A stretch of DNA of 64,000 nt from Neoechinorhynchus agilis (Eukaryota; Animalia; Acanthocephala). Where the stretch lies: contig CM121342.1 of assembly GCA_051530055.1 (NCBI GenBank), positions 2,948,797 to 3,012,796 of the forward strand, given 5' to 3'. The position numbers were made by a program, and so were the translations under genes. Shown here one piece after another: positions 1 through 15,000 of the stretch (position 1 is the first letter of the stretch; the number at the start of each line of letters is the position of its first letter). The notes under the pieces were generated by a model. That model was given only the letters and a program-made list of their open reading frames with translations, did no database searches and was not told the origin of the DNA.

Positions 1-3000
1 ACGCGAATGCGCCTATGCGTTCACACATTGATACGAACATTCATAAAAGGGCACGCGCAAGGAACCGAACAAAAACGAACGACATAAACATCAGTACTGT
101 AAAATTAATAAAGTATGTATTTATACTAAATGGCATGTCAATGGAATTAATGCACCAGCATACATATAGATAATTAAGAGCAACTTAAAAGTACGCAACG
201 TACACGTTCATGTTCGCACACGCGCGAATGCGCGTATGCCTTCACTCATGAATACGAACATTAATAAAAGGGCGCGCGCAAGGAGCCGAATAAAAACGAA
301 CGACATAAACATCAGTACTGTAAAATCAATAACGTATGTATTTATACTCCATATAATGTCAATGCAATTAATATTCCAGCATTTATATAGATAATTAAGA
401 GCAACTGCAAAGTACGCAACGTACACGTTCATGCTCGCACACACGCGAATGCGCGTATGCGTTAACTCATGAATACGAACATTCATAAAAGGGCGAGCGC
501 AAGGAACCGAATAAAAACGAACGACTTGAACATCAGTACTGTAAAATCAATAACGTATGTATTTATACTCAATGGCATGTCAATGCAATTAATGTACCCG
601 CATTAGTATAGATTATTAAGCGCAACTTAAAAGTACGCAACGTACACGTTCATGTTCGCACACACGCGAATGCGCGTATGCGTTCACTCATGAACACGAA
701 CATTCATAAAAGGACGCACGCAAAGAACCGAATAAAAGCGAACGACATAAACATCAGTACTGTAATATCAATAAAATATGCATTTATACTAAATTGCATG
801 TCAATGCAATTAATGCACCAGCATTTATATCGATTATTAAGAGCAACTTAAAAGTGCGAAACGTACACGTTCATGTTCGCACACACGCGAATACGCGTAT
901 GCGTTCACTCCTGAATACGAACATCCATAGATGGGCGCGCGCAAGGAACCGAATAAAAACGAACGACATAAACATCAGTACTGTAAAATGCAATTAATGC
1001 ACCAGAATTCATATAGATAATTAAGAGCAACTTAAAAGTACGCAACGTACACGTTCATGTTCGCACACACGCGAATGCGCGTATGCGTTCACACATTGAT
1101 ACGAACATTCATAAAAGGGCGCGCGCAAGGAACCGAATAAAAACGAACGACATAAACATCAGTACTGTAAAATCAATAAAGTATGTATTTATACTCAATG
1201 GCATGTCAATGCAATTAATGCACCAGCATTTATATAGATAATTAAGCGCAACTTAAAAGTACGCAACGTACACGTGCATGTTCGCACACACGCGAATGCG
1301 CGTATGCGTTCACACATTGATGCGAAAATTCATAAAAGGGCGCGCCAAGGAACCGAATAAATACGAACGACATAAACATCAGTACTGTAAAAGCAATAAA
1401 GTATGTATTTATACTCAATGGCATGTCAATGCAATTAATGCGCCCGCATTAGTATAGATTATGAAGAGCAACTTAAAAGTACGCAACGTACACGTTCATG
1501 TACATAGACGCGAATGCACGAATGCGTTCACTCATGAACACGAACATCATTAAAAGGGCGCGCCAAGGAACCGAATAAATGCGAACGACATAAACATCAG
1601 TACTGTAAAATCAATAAAGTATGTATTTATACTCAATGGCATGTCAATGCAATTAATGCATAAGCATTTATATAGATAATTAAGAGCAACTTAAAAGTAC
1701 GAAACGTGCACGTTCATGTACATAGACGCGAATGCGCGTATGCGTTCACTCATGAACACGAACATTCATAAAAGGGCGCGCGCAAGGAACCGAATAAAAA
1801 CGAACGACATAAACATCAGTACTGTAAAATCAATAAAGTATGTATTTATACTCAATGGCATGTCAATGCAATTAATGCACCAGCATTTATATAGATAATT
1901 AAGAGCAACTTAAAAGTACGCAACGTACACGTTCATGTACATAGACGCGAATGCGAGTTGCGTTCACTCATGAACACGAACATTCATAAAAGGGCGCGCG
2001 AAAGGAACCGAATAAAAACGATCGACAAAAACATCAGTACTGTAAAATTAATAAAGTATGTATTTATACTAAATGGCATGTCAATGCAATTAATGCACCA
2101 GCATGTATATAGATAATTAAGACCAACTTAAAAGTACGCAACGTACACGTTCATGTACATAGACGCGAATGCGCGTATGCGTTCACATTTGAATACGATC
2201 ATTCATAAAAGGGCGCGCGCAAGGAACTGATTAAAAACGAACGACATGAACATCAGTACTGTAAAATTAATAAAGTATGTATTTATACTAAATGGCATCT
2301 CAATGCAATTAATGCACCAGCATTTTTATAGATAATTAAGAGCAACTTTAAAGTACGCAACGTACACGTTCATGTTCGCACACACGCGAATGCGCGTATG
2401 CGTTCACTCATGAACACGAACATTCATAAAAGGGCGCGCGCAAGGAACCGAATGAAAACGAACGACATGAACATCAGTACTGTAAAATCAATAAAGTATG
2501 TATTCATACTCAATGGCATGTCAATGCAATTAATGCACCAGCATTTATATAGATAATTAAGAGCAACTTAAAAGTACGCAACGTACACGTTCATGTTCGC
2601 ACACGCGCGAATGAGCGTAAGCGTTCACACATTGATGCGAAAATTAATAAAAGGGCGCGCGCAAGGAACCGAATGAAAACGAACGACATGAACATCAATA
2701 CTGTAAAATCAATAAAGTATGTATTTATAATCAATGGCATGTCGATGCGATTAATGCACCAACATTTATATAGATAATTAAGAGCAACTTAAAAGTACGC
2801 AACGTACACGTTCATGTACATAGACGCGAATGCGCGTATGCGTTCACTCATGAACACGAACATTCATAAAAGGGCGCGCGCAAGGAACCGAATAAAAACG
2901 AACGACATAAACATCAGTACTGTAAAATCAATAAAGTATGTATTTATACTAAATGGCATGTCAATGGAATTAATGCACCAGCATACATATAGATAATTAA

Positions 3001-6000
3001 GAGCAACTTAAAAGTACGCAACGTACAGGTTCATGTTCGCACACGCGCGAATGCGCGTATGCGTTCACACATGAATACGAACATTCATAAAAGGGCGCGC
3101 GCAAGGAGCCGAATAAAAACGAACGACATAAACATCAGTACTGTAAAATCAATAAATTATGTATTTATACTCAATATCATGTCAATGCAATTAATGCACC
3201 CGCATTAGTATAGATTATGAAGAGCAACTTAAAAGTACGCAACGTACACGTTCATGTTCGCACACACGCGAATACGCGTATGCGTTCACTCCTGAATACG
3301 AACATTCATAGATGGGCGCGCGCAAGGAACCGAATAAAAACGAACGACATAAACATCAGTACTGTAAAATCAATAAAGTATGCATTTATACTAAATGGCA
3401 TGTCAATGCAATTAATGCACCAGCATTTATATAGATTATTAAGAGCAACTTAAAAGTACGCAACGTACACGTTCATGTTCGCACACACGCGAATGCGCGT
3501 ATGCGTTCACACATTGATACGAACATTCATAAAAGGGCACGCGCAAGGAACCGAACAAAAACGAACGACATAAACATCAGTACTGTAAAATTAATAAAGT
3601 ATGTATTTATACTAAATGGCATGTCAATGGAATTAATGCACCAGCATACATATAGATAATTAAGAGCAACTTAAAAGTACGCAACGTACACGTTCATGTT
3701 CGCACACGCGCGAATGCGCGTATGCGTTCACACATGAATACGAACATTCATAAAAGGGCGCGCGCAAGGAGCCGAATAAAAACGAACGACATAAACATCA
3801 GTACTGTAAAATCAATAAAGTATGTATATATACTCAATGGCATGTCAATACAATTAACGCACCAGCATTTATATAGATAATTAAGAGCAACTTAAAAGTA
3901 CGCAACGTACACGTTCATGTTCGCACACGCGCGAATGCGCGTATGCCTTCACTCATGAATACGAACATTAATAAAAGGGCGCGCGCAAGGAGCCGAATAA
4001 AAACGAACGACATAAACATCAGTACTGTAAAATCAATAACGTATGTATTTATACTCAATGGCATGTCAATGCAATTAATGTACCCGATTTTTTATAGATA
4101 ATTAAGAGCAACTTAAAAGTACGAAACGTACACGTTCATGTTCGCACACTCGAGAATGCGCGTATGCGTTCACTCATGAATACGAACATTCATAAAAGGG
4201 CGCGCGCAAGGAACCGAATAAAAACGAACGACATAAACATCAGTACTGTAAAATCAATAAAGTATGTATTTATACTCAATGGCATGTCAATGCAATTAAC
4301 GCACCAGCATTTATATAGATAATTAAGAGCAACTTAAAAGTACGCAACGTACACGTTCATGTTCGCACACGCGCGAATGCGCGTATGCCTTCACTCATGA
4401 ATACGAACATTCATAAAAGGGCGCGCGCAAAGAACCGAATAAAAACGAACGACACAAACATCAGTACTGTAAAATCAATAAAGTATGTATTTATACTCCA
4501 TATCATGTCAATGCAATTAATGCTCCAGCATTTATATAGATAATTAAGAGCAACTTAAAAGTACGCAACGTACACGTTCATGCTCGCACACACGCGAATG
4601 CGCGTATGCGTTCACTCATGAATACGAACATTCATAAAAGGGCGCGCGCAAGGAACCGAATAAAAACGAACGACTTGAACATCAGTACTGTAAAATCAAT
4701 AACGTATGTATTTATACTCAATGGCATGTCAATGCAATTAATGTACCCGCATTAGTATAGATTATTAAGCGCAACTTAAAAGTACGCAACGTACACGTTC
4801 ATGTTCACACACACGCGAATGCGCGTATGCGTTCACTCATGAACACGAACATTCATAAAAGGGCGCACGCAAGGAACCGAATAAAAGCGAACGACATAAA
4901 CATCAGTACTGTAATATCAATAAAATAGTCATTTATACAAGATGGCATGTCAATGCAATTAATGCACCAGCATTTATATAGATTATTAAGAGCAACTTAA
5001 AAGTACGAAACGTACACGTTCATGTTCGCACACACGCGAATGCGCGTATGCGTTCACACATGAATACGAACATTCATAAAAGGGCGCGCGCAAGGAACCG
5101 AATAAAAACGAACGACATAAACATCAGTACTGTAAAATCAATAAAGTATGTATTTATACTCAATGGCATGTCAATGCAATTAATGCACCAGCATTTATAT
5201 AGATAATTAAGAGCAACTTAAAAGTACGCAACGTACACGTGCATGTTAACAAACACGAATGCGCGTATGCGTTCACACATGAATACCAACATTCATAAAA
5301 GGGCGCGCGCAAGGAACCGAATGAAAACGAACGACATGAACATCAGTACTGTAAAATCAATAAAGTATGCATTTATACTCAATGGCATGTCAATGCAATT
5401 AATGCACCAGCATTCATATAGATAATTAAGAGCAACTTAAAAGTACGAACGTACACGTTCATGTACATAGACGCGAATGCGCGTATGCGTTCACTCATGA
5501 ACACGAACATTCATAAAAGGGCGCGCCAAGGAACCGAATAAAAACGAACGACATAAACATCAGTACTGTAAAATCAATAAAGTATGTATTTATACTAAAT
5601 GGCATGTCAATGCAATTAATGCACCAGCATTAATATAGATAATTAAGAGCAACTTAAAAGTACGCAACGTACACGTTCATGTTCGCACACGCGCGAATGC
5701 GCGTATGCGTTCACACATTGATACGAACATTCATAAAAGGGCGCGCAAGGAACCGAATAAAAACGAACGACATAAACATCAGTACTGTAAAATCAATAAA
5801 GTATGTATTTATACTCAATATCATGTCAATGCAATTAATGCACCCGCATTAGTATAGATTATGAAGAGCAACTTAAAAGTACGCAACGTACACGTGCATG
5901 TTAACAAACACGAATGCGCGTATGCGTTCACACATGAATACCAACATTCATAAAAGGGCGCGCGCAAGAAACCGAATGAAAACGAACGACATGAACATCA

Positions 6001-9000
6001 GTACTGTAAAATCAATACAGTATGCATTTATACTCAATGGCATGTCAATGCAATTAATGCACCAGCATTCATATAGATAATTAAGAGCAACTTAAAAGTA
6101 CGACACGTACACGTTCATGTACATAGACGCGAATGCACGTATGCGTTTACTCATGAACACGAACATTCATAAAAGGGCGCGCCAAGGAACCGAATAAATA
6201 CGAACGACATAAACATCAGTACAGTAAAATCAATACAGTATGTATTTATACTAAATGGCATGTCAATGCAATTAATGTACCCGCATTAGTATAGATTATT
6301 AAGAGCAACTTAAAAGTACGCAACGTACACGTTCATGTTCGCACACGCGCGAATGAGCGTATGCGTTCACACATTGATGCGAAAATTCATAAAAGGGCGC
6401 GCGCAAGGAACCGAATGAAAACGAACGACATGAACATCAGTACTGTAAAATCAATAAAGTATGTATTTATACTCAATGGCATGTCAATGCAATTAATGCA
6501 CCAGCATTTATATAGATAATTAAGCGCAACCTAAAAGTACGCAACGTACACGTGCATGTTCGCACACACGCGAATGCGCGTATGCGTTCACTCATGAATA
6601 CGAACATTCATAAAAGGGCGCGCGCAAGGAACCGAATAAAAACGAACGACATAAACATCAGTACAGTAAAATCAATACAGTATGTATTTATACTAAATGG
6701 CATGTCAATGCAATTAATGTACCCGCATTAGTATAGATTATTAAGAGCAACTTAAAAGTACGCAACGTACACGTTCATGTTCGCACACGCGCGAATGCGC
6801 GTATGCGTTCACACATTGATACGAACATTCATAAAAGGGCGCGCGCAAGGAACCGAATGAAAACGAACGACATGAACATCAGTACTGTAAAATCAATAAA
6901 GTATGTATTTATACTCAATGGCATGTCAATGCAATTAATGCACCAGCATTTATATAGATAATTAAGAGCAACTTAAAAGTACGCAACGTACACGTTCATG
7001 TTGCACACACGCGAATGCGCGTATGCGTTCACACATTGATACGAACATTCATAAAAGGGCGCGCGCAAGGAACCGAATAAAAACGAACGACATAAACATC
7101 AGTACTGTAAAATCAATAAAGTATGTATTTATACTAAATGGCATGTCAATGCAATTAATGCACCAGCATTTATATAGATAATTAAGAGCAACTTAAAAGT
7201 ACGCAACGTACACGTTCATGTTCGCACACACGCGAATGCGCGTATGCGTTCACACATTGATGCGAAAATTCATAAAAGGGCGCGCCAAGGAACCGAATAA
7301 AAACGAACGACATGAACATCAGTACTGTAAAATCAATAAAGTATGTATTTATACTAAATGGCTTGTCAATGCAATTAATGCACCAGCATTTATATAGATA
7401 ATTAAGAGCAACTTAAAAGTACGCAACGTACACGTTCATGTTCGAACACACGCGAATGCGCGTATGCGTTCACACATTGATGCGAAAATTCATAAAATGG
7501 CGCGCCAAGGAACCGAATAAATACGAACGACATAAACATCAGTACTGTAAAATCAATAAAGTATGTATTTATACTCAATGGCATGTCAATGCAATTAATG
7601 CACCAGCATTTATATAGATAATTAAGCGCAACCTAAAAGTACGCAACGTACACGTGCATGTTCGCACACACGCGAATGCGCGTATGCGTTCACACATTGA
7701 TGCGAAAATTCATAAAAGGGCGCGCCAAGGAACCGAATAAAAACGAACGACATAAACATCAGTACTGTAAAATCAATAAAGTATGTATTTATACTCAATG
7801 GCATTTCAATGCAATTAATGCACCAGCATTTATATAGATAATTAAGAGCAACTTAAAAGTACGCAACGTACACGTTCATGTTCGAACACACGCGAATGCG
7901 CGTATGCGTTCACTCATGAACACGAACATTCATAAAAGGGCGCGCAAGGAACCGAATAAAAACGAACGACATAAACATCAGTACTGTAAAATCAATAAAG
8001 TATGTATTTATACTCAATATCATGTCAATGCAATTAATGCACCGCATTAGTATAGATTATGAACAGCAACTTAAAAGTACGCAACGTACACGTGCATGTT
8101 AACAAACACGAATGCGCGTATGCGTTCACACATGAATACCAACATTCATAAAAGGGCGCGCGCAAGAAACCGAATGAAAACGAACGACATGAACATCAGT
8201 ACTGTAAAATCAATACAGTATGCATTTATACTCAATGGCATGTCAATGCAATTAATGCACCAGCATTCATATAGATAATTAAGAGCAACTTAAAAGTACG
8301 ACACGTACACGTTCATGTACATAGACGCGAATGCACGTATGCGTTCACTCATGAACACGAACATTCATAAAAGGGCGCGCCAAGGAACCGAATAAATACG
8401 AACGACATAAACATCAGTACAGTAAAATCAATACAGTATGTATTTATACTAAATGGCATGTCAATGCAATTAATGTACCCGCATTTATATAGATAATTAA
8501 GAGCAACTTAAAAGTACGCAACGTACACGTTCATGTTCGCACACACGCGAATGCGCGTATGCGTTCACACATTGATACGAAAATTAACCGAATAAAAACG
8601 AACGACATAAACATCAGTACTGTAAAATCAATAAAGTATGTATTTATACTAAATGGCATGTCAATGCAATTAATGCACCCGCATTTATATAGATAATTAA
8701 GAGCAACTTAAAAGTACGCAACGTACACGTTCATGTTCGCACACGCGCGAATGAGCGTATGCGTTCACACATTGATGCGAAAATTCATAAAAGGGCGCGC
8801 GCAAGGAACCGAATGAAAACGAACGACATGAACATCAGTACTGTAAAATCAATAAAGTATGTATTTATACTAAATGGCATGTCAATGCAATTAATGCACC
8901 AGCATTTATATAGATAATTAAGCGCAACCTAAAAGTACGCAACGTACACGTGCATGTTCGCACACACGCGAATGCGCGTATGCGTTCACACATTGATACG

Positions 9001-12000
9001 ATCATTCATAACAGGGCGCGCGCAAGGAACCGAATAAAAACGAACGACATAAACATCAGTACAGTAAAATCAATACAGTATGTATTTATACTAAATGGCA
9101 TGTCAATGCAATTAATGTACCCGCATTAGTATAGATTATTAAGAGCAACTTAAAAGTACGCAACGTACACGTTCATGTTCGCACACGCGCGAATGAGCGT
9201 ATGCGTTCACACATTGATGCGAAAATTCATAAAAGGGCGCGCGCAAGGAACCGAATAAAAACGAACGACATAAACATCAGTACTGTAAAATCAATAAAGT
9301 ATGCATTTATACTCAATGGCATGTCAATGCAATTAATGCACCAGCATTCATATAGATAATTAAGAGCAACTTAAAAGTACGCAACGTACACGTTCATGTT
9401 CGCACACACGCGAATGCGCGTATGCGTTCACACATTGATACGAACATTCATAAAAGGGCGCGCGCAAGGAACCGAATAAAAACGAACGACATAAACATCA
9501 GTACTGTAAAATCAATAAAGTATGTATTTATACTCAATGGCATGTCAATGCAATTAATGCACCAGCATTTATATAGATAATTAAGCGCAACCTAAAAGTA
9601 CGCAACGTACACGTGCATGTTCGAACACACGCGAATGCGCGTATGCGTTCACACATTGATACGAACATTCATAAAAGGGCGCGCGCAAGGAACCGAATAA
9701 AAACGAACGACATAAACATCAGTACGTAAAATCAATACAGTATGTATTTATACTAAATGGCATGTCAATCAATTAATGACCGCATTTATAGTATTAAGAG
9801 CAACTTAAAAGTACGCAACGTACACGTTCATGTTCGCACACACGCGAATGCGCGTATGCGTTCACACATTGATACGAAATTAACCGAATAAATACGAACG
9901 ACATAAACATCAGTACTGTAAAATCAATAAAGTATGTATTTATACTCAATGGCATGTCAATGCAATTAATGCACCAGCATTTATATAGATAATTAAGAGC
10001 AACTTAAAAGTACGCAACGTACACGTTCATGTTGCACACACGCGAATGCGCGTATGCGTTCACTCATGAACACGAACATTCATAAAAGGGCGCGCAAGGA
10101 ACCGAATAAAAACGAACGACATAAACATCAGTACTGTAAAATCAATAAAGTATGTATTTATACTCAATCATGTCAATGCAATTAATGCCCCGCATTAGTA
10201 TAGATTATAAAGCACTAAAAGTACGCAACGTACACGTGCATGTTAACAACACGAATGCGCGTATGCGTTCACACATGAATACAACATTCATAAAAGGGGC
10301 GCCAAGAACCGAATGAAAACGAACGACATGAACATCAGTACTGTAAAATCAATACAGTATGTATTTATACTAAATGGCATGTCAATGCAATTAATGCACC
10401 AGCATTTATATAGATAATTAAGAGCAACTTAAAAGTACGCAACGTACACGTTCATGTTCGCACACACGCGAATGCGCGTATGCGTTCACACATTAATACG
10501 AAAATTCATAAAAGGGCGCGCGCAAGGAACCGAATGAAAACGAACGACATGAACATCAGTACTGTAAAATCAATAAAGTATGTATTTATACTCAATGGCA
10601 TGTCAATGCAATTAATGCACCAGCATTTATATAGATAATTAAGAGCAACCTAAAAGTACGCAACGTACACGTGCATGTTCGCACACACGCGAATGCGCGT
10701 ATGCGTTCACACATTGATACGATCATTCATAACAGGGCGCGCGCAAGGAACCGAATAAAAACGAACGACATAAACATCAGTACAGTAAAATCAATACAGT
10801 ATGTATTTATACTAAATGGCATGTCAATGCAATTAATGTACCCGCATTAGTATAGATTATTAAGAGCAACTTAAAAGTACGCAACGTACACGTTCATGTT
10901 CGCACACGCGCGAATGAGCGTATGCGTTCACACATTGATGCGAAAATTCATAAAAGGGCGCGCGCAAGGAACCGAATGAAAACGAACGACATGAACATCA
11001 GTACTGTAAAATCAATAAAGTATGTATTTATACTAAATGGCTTGTCAATGCAATTAATGCACCAGCATTTATATAGATAATTAAGAGCAACTTAAAAGTA
11101 CGCAACGTACACGTTCATGTTCGAACACACGCGAATGCGCGTATGCGTTCACACATTGATGCGAAAATTCATAAAATGGCGCGCCAAGGAACCGAATAAA
11201 TACGAACGACATAAACATCAGTACTGTAAAATCAATAAAGTATGTATTTATACTCAATGGCATTCAATGCAATTAATGCACCAGCATTTATATGGATAAT
11301 TAAGCGCAACCTAAAAGTACGCAACGTACACGTGCATGTTCGCACACACGCGAATGCGCGTATGCGTTCACACATTGATGCGAAAATTCATAAAAGGGCG
11401 CGCCAAGGAACCGAATAAATACGAACGACATAAACATCAGTACTGTAAAATCAATAAAGTATGTATTTATACTAAATGGCATGTCAATGCAATTAATGCA
11501 CCAGCATTTATATAGATAATTAAGAGCAACTTAAAAGTACGCAACGTACACGTTCATGTTCGAACACACGCGAATGCGCGTATGCGTTCACACATTGATG
11601 CGAAAATTCATAAAAGGGCGCGCCAAGGAACCGAATAAATACGAACGACATAAACATCAGTACTGTAAAATCAATAAAGTATGCATTTATACTAAATGGC
11701 ATGTCAATGCAATTAATGCACCAGCATTTATATAGATAATTAAGAGCAACTTAAAAGTACGCAACGTACACGTTCATGTTCGCACACACGCGAATGCGCG
11801 TATGCGTTCACACATTGATACGAAAATTAACCGAATAAAAACGAACGACAAACATCAGTACTGTAAAATCAATAAAGTATGTATTTATACTCAATGGCAT
11901 GTCAATGCAATTAACGCACCAGCATTTATAGAGATAATTAAGAGCAACTTAAAAGTACGCAACGAACACGTTCATGTTCGCACACGCGCGAATGCGCGTA

Positions 12001-15000
12001 TGCGTTCACACATGAATACGAACATTCATAAAAGGGCGCGCGCAAGGAACCGAATAAAAACGAACGACATAAACATCAGTACTGTAAAATCAATAAAGTA
12101 TGTATTTATACTCAATATCATGTCAATGCAATTAATGCGCCCGCATTAGTATAGATTATGAACAGCAACTTAAAAGTACGCAACGTACACGTGCATGTTA
12201 ACAAACACGAATGCGCGTATGCGTTCACACATGAATACCAACATTCATAAAAGGGCGCGCGCAAGAAACCGAATGAAAACGAACGACATGAACATCAGTA
12301 CTGTAAAATCAATAAAGTATGTATTTATACTAAATGGCATGTCAATGCAATTAATGCACCAGCATTTATATAGATAATTAAGAGCAACTTAAAAGTACGC
12401 AACGTACACGTTCATGTTCGAACACACGCGAATGCGCGTATGCGTTCACACATTGATACGAAAATTCATAAAAGGGCGCGCCAAGGAACCGAATAAAACG
12501 AACGACATAAACATCAGTACTGTAAAATCAATAAAGTATGTATTTATACTCAATGGCATGTCAATGCAATTAATGCACCAGCATTTATATGATAATTAAG
12601 AGCAACTTAAAAGTACGCAACGTACACGTGCATGTTCACACACGCGAATGCGCGTATGCGTTCACACATTAATACGAACATTCATAAAAGGGCGCGCCAA
12701 GGAACCGAATAAAAACGAACGACATAAACATCAGTACTGTAAAATCAATAAAGTATGTATTTATACTAAATGGCATGTCAATGCAATTAATGCACCAGCA
12801 TTTATATAGATAATTAAGAGCAACTTAAAAGTACGAAACGTACACGTTCATGTACATAGACGCGAATGCGCGTATGCGTTAACTCATGAACACGAACATT
12901 CATAAAAGGGCGCGCGCAAGGAACCGAATGAAAACGAACGACATGAACATCAGTACTGTAAAATCAATAAAGTATGTATTTATACTAAATGGCTTGTCAA
13001 TGCAATTAATGCACCAGCATTTATATAGATAATTAAGAGCAACTTAAAAGTACGCAACGTACACGTTCATGTTCGCACACACGCGAATGCGCGTATGCGT
13101 TCACACATTGATACGAAAATTAACCGAACAAAAACGAACGACAAACATCAGTACTGTAAAATCAATAAAGTATGTATTTATACTCAATGGCATGTCAATG
13201 CAATTAACGCACCAGCATTTATAGAGATAATTAAGAGCAACTTAAAAGAACGCAACGAACACGTTCATGTTCGCACACGCGCGAATGCGCGTATGCGTTC
13301 ACACATGAATACGAACATTCATAAAAGGGCGCGCGCAAGGAACCGAATAAAAACGAACGACATAAACATCAGTACTGTAAAATCAATAAAGTATGTATTT
13401 ATACTCAATATCATGTCAATGCAATTAATGCGCCCGCATTAGTATAGATTATGAACAGCAACTTAAAAGTACGCAACGTACACGTGCATGTTAACAAACA
13501 CGAATGCGCGTATGCGTTCACACATGAATACCAACATTCATAAAAGGGCGCGCGCAAGAAACCGAATGAAAACGAACGACATGAACATCAGTACTGTAAA
13601 ATAAATACAGTATGCATTTATACTCAATGGCATGTCAATGCAATTAATGCACCAGCATTCATATAGATAATTAAGAGCAACTTAAAAGTTCGACACGTAC
13701 ACGTTCATGTACAAAGACGCGAATGCACGTATGCGTTCACTCATGAACACGAACATTCATAAAAGGGCGCGCCAAGGAACCGAATAAATACGAACGACAT
13801 AAACATCAGTACAGTAAAATCAATACAGTATGTATTTATACTAAATGGCATGTCAATGCAATTAATGCACCAGCATTTATATAGATAATTAAGAGCAACT
13901 TAAAAGTACGCAACGTACACGTTCATGTTCGCACACACGCGAATGCGCGTATGCGTTCACACATTGATGCGAAAATTCATAAAAGGGCGCGCCAAGGAAC
14001 CGAATAAAAACGAACGACATAAACATCAGTACTGTAAAATCAATAAAGTATGTATTTATACTCAATGGCATGTCAATGCAATTAATGCACCAGCATTTAT
14101 ATAGATAATTAAGAGCAACTTAAAAGTACGCAACGTACACGTTCATGTTCGCACACACGCGAATGCGCGTATGCGTTCACTCATGAACACGAACATTCAT
14201 AAAAGGGCGCGCAAGGAACCGAATAAAAACGAACGACACAAACATCCGTACTGTAAAATCAATAAAGTATGTATTTATACTCAATATCATGTCAATGCAA
14301 TTAATGCGCCCGCATTAGTATAGATTATGAACAGCAACTTAAAAGTACGCAACGTACACGTGCATGTTAACAAACACGAATGCGCGTATGCGTTCACACA
14401 TGAATACCAACATTCATAAAAGGGCGCGCGCAAGAAACCGAATGAAAACGAACGACATGAACATCAGTACTGTAAAATCAATACAGTATGCATTTATACT
14501 AAATGGCATGTCAATGCAATTAATGCACCAGCATTTATATAGATAATTAAGAGCAACTTAAAAGTACGACACGTACACGTTCATGTACATAGACGCGAAT
14601 GCACGTATGCGTTCACTCATGAACACGAACATTCATAAAAGGGCGCGCCAAGGAACCGAATAAAAACGAACGACATAAACATCAGTACTGTAAAATCAAT
14701 AAAGTATGTATTTATACTCAATGGCATGTCAATGCAATTAATGCACCAGCATTTATATAGATAATTAAGAGCAACTTAAAAGTACGCAACGTACACGTTC
14801 ATGTTCGCACACACGCGAATGCGCGTATGCGTTCACACATTGATGCGAAAATTCATAAAAGGGCGCGCCAAGGAACCGAATAAAAACGAACGACATAAAC
14901 ATCAGTACTGTAAAATCAATAAAGTATGTATTTATACTCAATGGCATGTCAATGCAATTAATGCACCAGCATTTATATAGATAATTAAGAGCAACTTAAA